A stretch of 64,000 nucleotides of DNA from an uncultured Gammaproteobacteria bacterium. Its GTDB lineage: Bacteria > Patescibacteriota > Patescibacteriia > UBA1558 > 2-01-FULL-52-15. Below are positions 10,417 through 21,739 of the stretch, piece by piece. A program made the translations under genes and the position numbers. The DNA is taken from positions 79,392 through 143,391 of the forward strand of contig CAYOCJ010000002.1 of the NCBI GenBank assembly GCA_964402565.1. Direction: 5' to 3'. The first letter of the stretch is position 1; each line of letters opens with the position of its first letter. The notes beneath the pieces were generated by a model that saw only the letters and a list, made by a program, of their open reading frames with translations, did no database searches and was not told where the DNA came from.

Positions 10417-10457
10417 CAAGTCCCTGCCTGCCGGCAGGCAGGTCTCCATGCCCACCA
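10417..10457 (+). repeat. Duplicated tRNA-Leu 3' end interrupted by a 20-bp perfect palindrome
   Basis: CAAGTC[CCTGCCTGCCGGCAGGCAGG]TCTCCATGCCCACCA versus tRNA 10328-10348. Confidence 0.9.
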
Positions 10458-10598
10458 CTGAAGTCAGTATAGTAACACGCAGAGCACTGAGAGCCGCGCG
10501 GCCATTTGGCCGCGCGGTCTTTGGTTACTACTATCATCCATCTCCTATAGTATTTGCTCAGAATACCCTGTATACTAAGCATAAGAATTTCCGTTACT

Positions 10599-11315
10599 AT
10601 GGTTAAGCGTTATCATCCCATTTCGATAGCACGGTTCAAAAAAAATAACAGGAACGGCTTCACCTTGATCGAGTTGCTGGTAGTTCTGATGATTACAGTC
10701 ATTCTCAGCGTTCTTGCCTTCCAGGGATATGCGTATATTACCGTGAAGCAGCGTGATAGTCAGAGAAAATCCGACATGCAAACCTTTGTCACGAAGCTCG
10801 AGGCATTTAAAAATGATAAAGGCACCTATGTGTGTGGCGATACTTGTTCTCATGCATATGTGGGCGGTGTCGACGCGGGTTGGTATAGCATTAGCTGCAA
10901 CGGTGGCTATGTTTCGCCAGGGAATGCCACCGGTAACGATTTGCCTCTCGAACGGTCCGGTTTCTTGAACGGAGGCGATTGTTGCGGCGCTGGCAAAGGA
11001 GGATTCCCGATACCAACAAGCACTGCTGATGATTCAACATGGGGGTTGTACCGTTTCAACTATCTGACCGCGACGAGTAATCCGAGTGATCCTTTGGATG
11101 CGGTGGTCAATGCCAAGAACTACTATTACTGTTATGCAACGCCAAATAAGGGACGGACAAGCTATGCTCTGTTCATGCGCCTGGAGAATGATAGTAAAAC
11201 AACAGCGAATGACGGCGGCCAATTGCCAACCTACTATGAATACTACAGCCCGGATTATCCGGCCAATGGTTGGAATCCTGTCAAAGACGGCCCCGGAGGT
11301 ATTTGGGCATATTAA
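10599..11315 (+). CDS. Type IV pilin-like protein
   Basis: G|FTLIELLVV prepilin motif, RD..RKSD helix. Confidence 0.92.
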   Translation: MVKRYHPISIARFKKNNRNGFTLIELLVVLMITVILSVLAFQGYAYITVKQRDSQRKSDMQTFVTKLEAFKNDKGTYVCGDTCSHAYVGGVDAGWYSISCNGGYVSPGNATGNDLPLERSGFLNGGDCCGAGKGGFPIPTSTADDSTWGLYRFNYLTATSNPSDPLDAVVNAKNYYYCYATPNKGRTSYALFMRLENDSKTTANDGGQLPTYYEYYSPDYPANGWNPVKDGPGGIWAY

Positions 11316-11342
11316 GAACCTTTTTCTGGGTTTTTGTGGTAT

Positions 11343-11371
11343 TTGACAAAAAACTCGTTTAGGATTATAAT
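11343..11371 (+). promoter_or_regulatory. Consensus sigma70 promoter for the 23S-5S unit
   Basis: TTGACA-N17-TATAAT. Confidence 0.85.
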
Positions 11372-11828
11372 CAAGACGCTTTAAAAAGCTGGTATCAAAA
11401 GCCTCTATATAATATGTCTACATCAGTAACGAATACGATCGCATAAGTGGATTTCTCATCGTGCTGATTTGTTGAGAATCCGCTACGCTAGCGGATTTTT
11501 TGGACCTTAGAGGGTACTTTTTACAAGATAGTTGTCAGATCATAGAGTTGCTGCTGGTTAGCAACTATATAGTGTGGCAACAATCGGCGTACGTTGACAA
11601 CGCCGATGCCTAACAAGCATCGGACCTCCGAATCCGTCAGCCGACGGAGCGGAGCAAATGATATGTATGAGCATCTAAAGTCTCAAAGGCAGAGAGTTCC
11701 GCTTTTGAGACCTCGAAATGAATTGAATACAATGTTACTTATAAGTTTTAGTTGATACTTCCGCCAAAGGCGGATCCGCTTAATTTCAGTTGTAAGCTGA
11801 GGTGGCGGAAAAGACTGTTGAAGTTTTT

Positions 11829-14975
<3,147 letters not shown>

Positions 14976-15091
14976 AAAAATTTCAGCTGTTTTTGAGTCC
15001 CGCAAGGCGGGCCGAAACCCTGAGCGACCAAAGGGAGTCGAATGGGTGGAATTGAAATAAATCTGAAATATATAGGATAGCATTGTATTCA

Positions 15092-15211
15092 ATGTTCATA
15101 CATATCTTACGTAAACTTGCCACTTCGCGCGTAGTCAGACTCGCGCTTGTGCTCGCGGGTATCAGCATCATACTTGGATTAGTCCTGGTACTGACGCCGA
15201 TCTCTGCATAA
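15092..15211 (+). CDS. Candidate 39-aa hydrophobic peptide in the 23S-5S spacer
   Basis: MFIHILRKLATSRVVRLALVLAGISIILGLVLVLTPISA: basic n-region plus TM-length h-region. Confidence 0.45.
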   Translation: MFIHILRKLATSRVVRLALVLAGISIILGLVLVLTPISA

Positions 15212-15224
15212 AAGGGTGGCATTG

Positions 15225-15343
15225 TTCTGGTGATTCGAGCGAGAGGGCAACACCTGTTCCCATTCCGAACACAGCCGTTAAGCCTCTCAGCGCCCATGGT
15301 AGTACTGGGCTTCGCCTGGTGCGAGAGTAGGTCATCGCCAGAA
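15225..15343 (+). rRNA. rrf: 5S rRNA
   Basis: CACCTGTTCCCATTCCGAACACAG, GAGAGTAGGTCATCGCCAG, paired ends. Confidence 0.96.
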
Positions 15344-15574
15344 CAATGCTACTCTTTTTGATTTTTGTCTGCGGAGGCAAACGGAGTGCGACCGGAGCAG
15401 GAACAAAAATCATCCCGAGCGAACGAAGTGAGTCGAGGGATTACTGCTCGGGAAATCACCCTGAGCGACCAAAGGGAGTCGAATGGGTAATTTGTCTTTT
15501 TTAAATCCTGTGCTAAGGTAGTGGCTTCAATTGTCCTTACACATTTTTGAGCTCATAAGCTCTCGGAGGTAGTA

Positions 15575-16402
15575 GTGAGAAAAACTCTGTCTCTTCTTTT
15601 GGTTTGCATCTTTGCTTCTGCTAGCGTAGCCTCAGCTCAAGACTCTCCGTATACGGATTTCCGCTCGGCATTTGAAAACGGAAATTGGACTGAAAGCGAA
15701 ATGGCATTCGTTAAAGCATTCGGCTTGACTCAGGACGAGCTGAAACTCTGGCAAGAAGGCCTCATCGCTGAGCACGCTAACGAGAAACAGATAACCAACG
15801 ACAAGTTCACACAAGTGTTAGCATCAGTTCGCCAACGGGCGCCTGCAAATGTGCATGACTCTGAATTGCAGAATGGCCCAATCGTCATTTTGGCAGAAGC
15901 GCACATCAAGAATGAAAAGTCATTTCAGCATGCTATTCATACACTCGACGCTTGGTTCAGCCACTTGTGGTCGACGCCGGACTTCTGCCTCGGATCAGCA
16001 TGTGCTCTCGTCTATCACGCATTCGGCAACCTACTTGCAGCGGAGGATAGCCGAGCCTGGGCGCTGAAAGTTTCAGTACATGAAGGAGACCGGTTTCCCT
16101 CATTGGTATGCCTTCGTCGGCGATTGCAGGTGACTGTCGTTGATGCTGTAACCAACGTGCCAGTGTCTGACGCTGACGTCAGCTTTGAGGAATACGACTC
16201 TCCTCATAGCAGTGCATCCGGTGGTGGAGTTACTAATGCTCAGGGGTCAACGAGTTTGTCAGTCGATCTGACCGCTGCTATCAGCATTAATGTTGTTGCA
16301 GATGGGTACTATCACTTCGGCGGGAAGGCTGAAGTGGACTCAGAAGGGAATTGTTTGATCAAGCTCACCCCGATCGAGAAAGTATTTCGTCTCAAAAAAT
16401 AG
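15575..16402 (+). CDS. Secreted hypothetical protein with C-terminal carboxypeptidase-regulatory-like beta domain
   Basis: Signal peptide ..ASA|QD; V.VVDA.T..PV..A.V and GVTNAQG...V.A.GY pattern. Confidence 0.7.
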   Translation: MRKTLSLLLVCIFASASVASAQDSPYTDFRSAFENGNWTESEMAFVKAFGLTQDELKLWQEGLIAEHANEKQITNDKFTQVLASVRQRAPANVHDSELQNGPIVILAEAHIKNEKSFQHAIHTLDAWFSHLWSTPDFCLGSACALVYHAFGNLLAAEDSRAWALKVSVHEGDRFPSLVCLRRRLQVTVVDAVTNVPVSDADVSFEEYDSPHSSASGGGVTNAQGSTSLSVDLTAAISINVVADGYYHFGGKAEVDSEGNCLIKLTPIEKVFRLKK

Positions 16403-16449
16403 CCGCACAAGCGACAAAGTCGCTTCCGAAAGGTGCGGCTTTGTCTTTT
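16401..16449 (+). terminator. Branched hairpin terminator; first 26 nt repeated at 18877-18902
   Basis: AGCCGCAC..GTGCGGCT plus T-tract. Confidence 0.7.
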
Positions 16450-16468
16450 GTTGTGGTATACTTAGAAA

Positions 16469-17131
16469 ATGAAAAGAGGAGGATTTACACTCATCGAGCT
16501 TTTGATCGTCATTGCCATTATTGGAATTTTGTCAGGCACCGTGCTAGTCAATGTAAATGCTGCTCGAGCAAAAGCTCGCGACACGAGGCGGCTAGCTGAC
16601 ATGCACAATATCGAGGCGGCGCTGAAATCGTACGATCTGAACCAGGGAGTTTGGCCGATCCGTGCATCGAGCATAAACGATGATCTCGATGCTTCGGACG
16701 TTAATAGTATCGAAGATCATTGCGCTGGCCTGCATGATTTTGATTTCGATGTGAGCAATCATGATCAGGATGCCGACGGCAAGCCTTTTATAGAATTTCT
16801 TGACGGACGGGGACAAGCAAATCCAAACAGCTATTATTTTCCAAATGGCACACCGGTAGACCCATTGAACACGACACCCCCCATTGCAAACAAATGTTGG
16901 GATGATACGTACAATAAAACAAATTATTACGGCTATGTATTTCAGGTCCTAAAACCCGATCAAGACTCATGCGGGCCTTCCAGGGGGTATATTCTCGGCG
17001 TGCTCAATATGGAAACAGTGCCTGAGGGATCGAGATACCCCAGTTCGCCGGGAGGTTGCGGCTGTTTAAACGCGCACCCTGATTGGTATAGCCATTTTGA
17101 GTGGGTGAGCTGCGTATTTCCGGATAAATAA
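16469..17131 (+). CDS. Type IV pilin-like protein
   Basis: MKRGG|FTLIELLIVIAIIGIL..ARAKARDTRR. Confidence 0.94.
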   Translation: MKRGGFTLIELLIVIAIIGILSGTVLVNVNAARAKARDTRRLADMHNIEAALKSYDLNQGVWPIRASSINDDLDASDVNSIEDHCAGLHDFDFDVSNHDQDADGKPFIEFLDGRGQANPNSYYFPNGTPVDPLNTTPPIANKCWDDTYNKTNYYGYVFQVLKPDQDSCGPSRGYILGVLNMETVPEGSRYPSSPGGCGCLNAHPDWYSHFEWVSCVFPDK

Positions 17132-17155
17132 TCTGTGTGCAAGCATACTGTCGCT

Positions 17156-17674
17156 ATGCCGCTTAGAAGGAATCATAGCGGATTTACGCTGATTGAGTTG
17201 TTGGTCGTAATGGCGGTTATCGGACTTCTTGCTGCTATCGCCATCGTTAGTTTCAATGCAGCGCGTAAGAGGGCATATATTTCCCAAGGCCTAGCGACCG
17301 CACGAGCGATTGTGCCTATGCTCGCAAGTTGCCAGCAAAGCGATGGGGATATTGTTGCAGATTATGATGTCGACGGCTCAGGGAACGTCACGACTCTCCA
17401 CCTCTGTGGCGAAGCAGGCATTGTTATAGGTCAGGGGAAATCCATTTGCAGCAAGGATTATACTATCGGAGCTCCGCCGCCGCTGATTAAAGCCGGTGAT
17501 CTTCGGTGGCCGATAGTATTGCCAAGCTGGGATTATGGCGCGTCAAGTCCTATTTGCCATCAAAATAAAAATGCAGGCACTTTTGATTTTTCTATGCGGC
17601 GTAATGCTGTCGGCCAACCTTGCTTTGTTACGTGTTCTGAATCCAATTGCCAAACATCAGGTGCAGGGTGTTAG
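17156..17674 (+). CDS. Type IV pilin-like protein
   Basis: SG|FTLIELLVVMAVIGLL; Cys-rich C-terminus. Confidence 0.93.
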   Translation: MPLRRNHSGFTLIELLVVMAVIGLLAAIAIVSFNAARKRAYISQGLATARAIVPMLASCQQSDGDIVADYDVDGSGNVTTLHLCGEAGIVIGQGKSICSKDYTIGAPPPLIKAGDLRWPIVLPSWDYGASSPICHQNKNAGTFDFSMRRNAVGQPCFVTCSESNCQTSGAGC

Positions 17675-17866
17675 TTACGCATGGCTCACAGATAAAGGGT
17701 AACTGGTCAGGAGCATGAAAGTAAATTTGTTTTTGAAAGGCGTGGCCCTGCCTCCCTAGAGAAACGTGGGTTTTTCTACGGGTTTGTCTTTTTCTGAAGC
17801 TATGCTAAGGTAGATTTTTCTATTTGTTCATACTATTTTCCGGGTGAAAACCCCCTGGAGGTTTCG

Positions 17867-18877
17867 ATGAAGAAACTGCTGGTTATCGTCTCTTTGTTGT
17901 TTTCAATCGTGACCACGCCAGCTCAGGAAATCGAAGCACCTCAGCGTCCGAGCCCAAGTGAAATCCAGTCTTTGTATCCACCGGTCCACCCACAGCATCC
18001 TTGCGCATTGGTCGAGTATTCGTACGACAATCTCTGCGGTGTCGAAGGCGCAGATGAGCTTCAGAAAGCGATGCGTTACCTGTCCAGTTTCATGGGCGAC
18101 GAACAGAGTAGGAGCGCCTGCTACGAGCAGAACCGCTTCTGTTATGCTGCAGTAACTGCCCGTGATCTTCTCGGCCTGCCGAAAGGCGCGGTCATCGAGA
18201 ACTTCGGCTTCGCCGGGCATTACTGCGATATCAGGAATTGGAAGAAGGATTTTCCCAAGTGGCAGAAGATCGAACAGCAAGTTCGCAAAAAAAATACGGG
18301 ACCCATCAATCCTGCCAAGGTTCCTGATTGTACCCCTGAAGGGCGCACCTGGTTCATCGACTACCATGAAAACAAGTACGATCAGCAAATGTGCGATCCG
18401 TTGCACTGGCTGGATTACGAATGTGACCAGGGCGATGACAGTATCAACTGGCGGCTCGACAGCATGCGCAGGGACATGGTGTATCCTCCTTGTGAGGTAC
18501 AGGTTTTCGCCGGGCTTGAAGATAAGTTTGGCGATTTGGAAAAGCATTGGTTTTGCTACGAACTGTCGAAGACCGACCGCGCAGAAAGCGCCCTCGACTC
18601 CGATGAGCCTGATGCAGCGCCCCCTGATGATTGCGATTGGGGCTGGCGTTATGTGCTTAGTCAGGTCGAGTGGGGCAAGGGCAGGCCGGCGGATCCTCAC
18701 GATCGATGTTCGTCGAGCCAGCATGTTTTTTTCTCACATCTGAACGTTCAGGAAGGCCATCGGTTTTTGGCACAAGTTGAAGCTTACTTCAGAGCCCTCC
18801 ATCCTCACTACGATCCGGCCCAGATCAAGAAAGCTTGCGACTATCTCAAAGCACGAGAGAAGTCACCCGAACCGTAA
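17867..18877 (+). CDS. Secreted Cys-rich hypothetical protein
   Basis: Signal peptide MKKLL..TPA|QE, 13 Cys, GGAGGT SD. Confidence 0.75.
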   Translation: MKKLLVIVSLLFSIVTTPAQEIEAPQRPSPSEIQSLYPPVHPQHPCALVEYSYDNLCGVEGADELQKAMRYLSSFMGDEQSRSACYEQNRFCYAAVTARDLLGLPKGAVIENFGFAGHYCDIRNWKKDFPKWQKIEQQVRKKNTGPINPAKVPDCTPEGRTWFIDYHENKYDQQMCDPLHWLDYECDQGDDSINWRLDSMRRDMVYPPCEVQVFAGLEDKFGDLEKHWFCYELSKTDRAESALDSDEPDAAPPDDCDWGWRYVLSQVEWGKGRPADPHDRCSSSQHVFFSHLNVQEGHRFLAQVEAYFRALHPHYDPAQIKKACDYLKAREKSPEP

Positions 18878-18918
18878 GCCGCACCAGCGACAAAGTCGCT
18901 TCTGGGAGTTCAATCTCG

Positions 18919-18950
18919 CCCCGTAGTGAAACTAAAGTTTCACTACGGGG
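18919..18950. repeat. Palindromic element / terminator
   Basis: CCCCGTAGTGAAACTAAAGTTTCACTACGGGG. Confidence 0.75.
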
Positions 18951-18990
18951 CTTTATTTTAGAACTATTCTAAGTATGCTATGCTGTGTGT

Positions 18991-19596
18991 ATGAAAAAAA
19001 ATCACGGTTTTACGCTGATCGAGATTCTGGTCACGGTCATCTGCCTGGTCATTATCGCGCTTTCAGCGATTCGCGCTGTGTATGGCGCGATTGAGAAAAG
19101 CAGGGATAATCGAGTTGTCGCGGATTTTAATATGTTGCAGAAGGGGCTGGCTGAGTTTTACGTCAAATACTACGTATATCCGTGCGGAGATAACTACGAT
19201 CAAGGCAACGGTGCGATGTATAAAGAGTATACCGTTGATACGACCAATGATGGCGTTAGTTTTTTGCAGGGCAATACGAATGATCCGGCTTCGACAGAAT
19301 ACGCAGATGTTGTGTCACATTGTGCGGGTGTGCAGTTTGGCTTGCAGCAGGATAATATCATCAGTAGCGACATTTTGAAGCCGATAGATCATCCCCACCC
19401 TGGGGGCAATCCATGGACCTATGGGTATGAAGTCGACTCTACACGTAAATCGTATATTTTGTTTACCGTGCTTGAAAACAATCCAGCACGGATGGCAAGC
19501 GATCACGGCAAATGCAAAAATGTATATGAAGTCGGCAATGGCGTTGGCGTGATTCCGCCGCGTGTCGAGGACTTGGGCCTGGTGTGCATTCCGTAG
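18991..19596 (+). CDS. Type IV pilin-like protein
   Basis: HG|FTLIEILV; shares Y.CGD and SY.LF..LEN with the pilin at 10599. Confidence 0.92.
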   Translation: MKKNHGFTLIEILVTVICLVIIALSAIRAVYGAIEKSRDNRVVADFNMLQKGLAEFYVKYYVYPCGDNYDQGNGAMYKEYTVDTTNDGVSFLQGNTNDPASTEYADVVSHCAGVQFGLQQDNIISSDILKPIDHPHPGGNPWTYGYEVDSTRKSYILFTVLENNPARMASDHGKCKNVYEVGNGVGVIPPRVEDLGLVCIP

Positions 19597-19672
19597 CGGT
19601 TATTCAAAAATGCGTATAAAAAAAACTGACCCGTCTCTCATGTTGCGTCGAGAGACGGGTCAATGAGTTACA

Positions 19673-21118
19673 TCAGTTCAGCAGCATTGCTGCGACTTCC
19701 GCGATCTTCGACCGTTCGGATTTCGGCAGAAAGATGCTGCCGCAGAGGGGATTGTTGCGGAAGCGGATCGCTGCCTGGATGAGGCCGCAGCTTGCGGCGT
19801 CGAGGAACGGGTCGTCGATCTGAGTCGGGTCTCCGGTGATGATGACGCGTGAATGCTCGCCTGCGCGTGTCACGAGAAGCTGGAGCAGCTTCATCGGAAG
19901 GTTCTGCGCGTCGTCGATGATGATGATCGCATTGTGGTAGGTAGCGCCCCGGGTGAAATTCGGCGGCATGACGACGAGTTGGAGGTTTTCTTCCATCTGT
20001 TCGAGGATGAAGTTCTCGCCTCGCTTTTCCTGATGCCGGCCATCACCTTTTTCTTTGACGCGACCTTTCGTGATCAGCTCCATCGAGGTATAGACCGGCT
20101 CCTTCCAAGGGCCGAACTTATCTCCCAGATCACCCGGGAGGAAACCGAGCTTCTTGCCGGCCTCGACATTCGAACGGAACACGATGATGCGTTGGAAACC
20201 GTTCGCATTCTGGCCCATGATCTGGTTATACGCCCAGTTAAGCGCGAGCAACGTTTTGCCAGCCCCGGCGATCCCGACCAAGGTCAGGATGCCGATATCG
20301 AGATCATCGAGCAAAGCGAGCGCGAATGCCTGCATTTCGTTACGAGGGATGATCGTTTCCTTGCTTTCCTGGTACATACGGACCGGACGCACGACCTTGA
20401 AGCGTGACTCGCCCTTCTTGAAGATGGCTTGTCCTTTTTTGCCGCTGGCCAGCTCGAAGAAGACGCATTGGTTGTCATTGAGCTTCTCGACAGCTGCAGC
20501 GTTCAGCTCATTACTGCATGAACCGAGGTCGATGGATCCATCCTGGTACAGCTTCGACAGCCAGGTCGGGTCTGTGGTGGCAACACTCAAGGTGCTGACA
20601 CCGCCGTAGAGCGCCGAGAGGTAATTCTCGACCTTGTCGTTCTTGTAGTCCTCGGATTCGAGGCCGCACGCTTCGGCGCGCGCACGAAGATTAGTGTCCT
20701 TCGAGATGAGTACGACGCGGCGCCGCTCGCTGGGACGGTGACCGCCCTCTTCTTTGCTCTTGATGAAAAGCCCGACGAGGATGATCTGGTTGTCTGCCTG
20801 GTTCCAGTTCAGGCCGATGGGAAGTTTCTTTTTCTTCGGGTCGAGGGATTGCACTTCGGTGCGCACTGTTCCGCCGTGGCGGTTTTTCACGCCTTCGCGT
20901 GCGAGCGCTCCCGCACCTTTGACGCGGTAAACCTCGATCATGTTGTTGGCTTCACGGGCCTGGAACTTTTTCCGCTCATCGATATTGTGCGAGAGGTCGG
21001 AGAGTTCCTGCAGAACAGGGCCAGGGATCACGATCTCATTGTCCTTGAGGTTGTCGACGATCTCGGGATCGTGCATGAGAACGCTGGTATCAAGGACGTA
21101 AATCGTGCCTCTACTCAT
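19673..21118 (-). CDS. PIN-PhoH ATPase (PhoH2/YlaK-like)
   Basis: YVLDTSVLMHDP PIN, LISKDTNLR, G.AGAGKT Walker A, LGFLPGD, IIDDAQN, TRAGE, ITGDPTQID; start chosen from AAGGAG SD. Confidence 0.93.
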   Translation of the reverse strand: MSRGTIYVLDTSVLMHDPEIVDNLKDNEIVIPGPVLQELSDLSHNIDERKKFQAREANNMIEVYRVKGAGALAREGVKNRHGGTVRTEVQSLDPKKKKLPIGLNWNQADNQIILVGLFIKSKEEGGHRPSERRRVVLISKDTNLRARAEACGLESEDYKNDKVENYLSALYGGVSTLSVATTDPTWLSKLYQDGSIDLGSCSNELNAAAVEKLNDNQCVFFELASGKKGQAIFKKGESRFKVVRPVRMYQESKETIIPRNEMQAFALALLDDLDIGILTLVGIAGAGKTLLALNWAYNQIMGQNANGFQRIIVFRSNVEAGKKLGFLPGDLGDKFGPWKEPVYTSMELITKGRVKEKGDGRHQEKRGENFILEQMEENLQLVVMPPNFTRGATYHNAIIIIDDAQNLPMKLLQLLVTRAGEHSRVIITGDPTQIDDPFLDAASCGLIQAAIRFRNNPLCGSIFLPKSERSKIAEVAAMLLN

Positions 21119-21235
21119 GAGCATCTCCTTTTGCCGGTCTCGTGTTGTATAGTCAGTTTGAACTGATGTTGTAAACGAACGAAAGCTTGGGGGGCTAACC
21201 TTAACACCATTGACAGGCGAAGGCAATAAGCGCCT

Positions 21236-21264
21236 TTGACCAAATGCCCGGCATCTGTTATACA
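21236..21264 (+). promoter_or_regulatory. Sigma70-type promoter before a structured leader
   Basis: TTGACC-N17-TATACA with extended TG. Confidence 0.55.
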
Positions 21265-21462
21265 GAAAGTACGGGGTGCCTGCAATGAACGGGCGCCCCT
21301 TTTTGTTCCTTGCTATGAGCGTGCTTCTCTTCAGGGCAATAGCCATGTTTTGCACGGTTATTGTCCTGAAGAGAATATCTTGTCGAGCTTCGGCTTGATG
21401 AAGACGGAGTGGTCGAACCATCTTCGATATCTTCTTTGGGCCTGGAAGCTAATACAGGACCT

Positions 21463-21654
21463 ATGCGGCAAGCAATTGGTTTCTTTTTCAACCTATTGGT
21501 GCTCGTGATCCTGCTCAAGATCTTCGCTCCGGGGTTGGCGGAACAGCTGATCGAAATCCTTGGCAAGCTTCTTGCCCTGGCGAGCCAGCTGCTCGACGCA
21601 GCGATCCAGCAATCGCAAAGCTCGCAGACGGTAAGTCTGCTATGGCTCGTCTGA
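21463..21654 (+). CDS. Small hydrophobic protein (63 aa)
   Basis: MRQAIGFFFNLLVLVILLKIFAP..: one TM plus an amphipathic helix. Confidence 0.55.
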   Translation: MRQAIGFFFNLLVLVILLKIFAPGLAEQLIEILGKLLALASQLLDAAIQQSQSSQTVSLLWLV

Positions 21655-21739
21655 GCGCCGCCGTAAGAGGACTACTGATTAACGATCATTGGTCCTCTTT
21701 AGCTTTGTTTTTGTTTTGTTGTGTGCTAAGGTGCAACAT

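Larger units (their letters stand above)
15017..15488 (+). repeat. 31-bp direct repeat (15017-15047, 15458-15488) plus degenerate copy 15412-15441, REP-like
   Basis: ACCCTGAGCGACCAAAGGGAGTCGAATGGGT occurs identically twice. Confidence 0.9.

Noticed and set aside
15017-18902. CRISPR array or integron attC array from the 31-bp and 26-bp repeats
   Set aside because: Only two copies each, with spacing far too long; no cas or integrase genes and no clear RYYYAAC/GTTRRRY ends.
21655-21739. glmS ribozyme
   Set aside because: A -10 element lies 7 nt before the ATG, leaving no room, and no consensus is visible.
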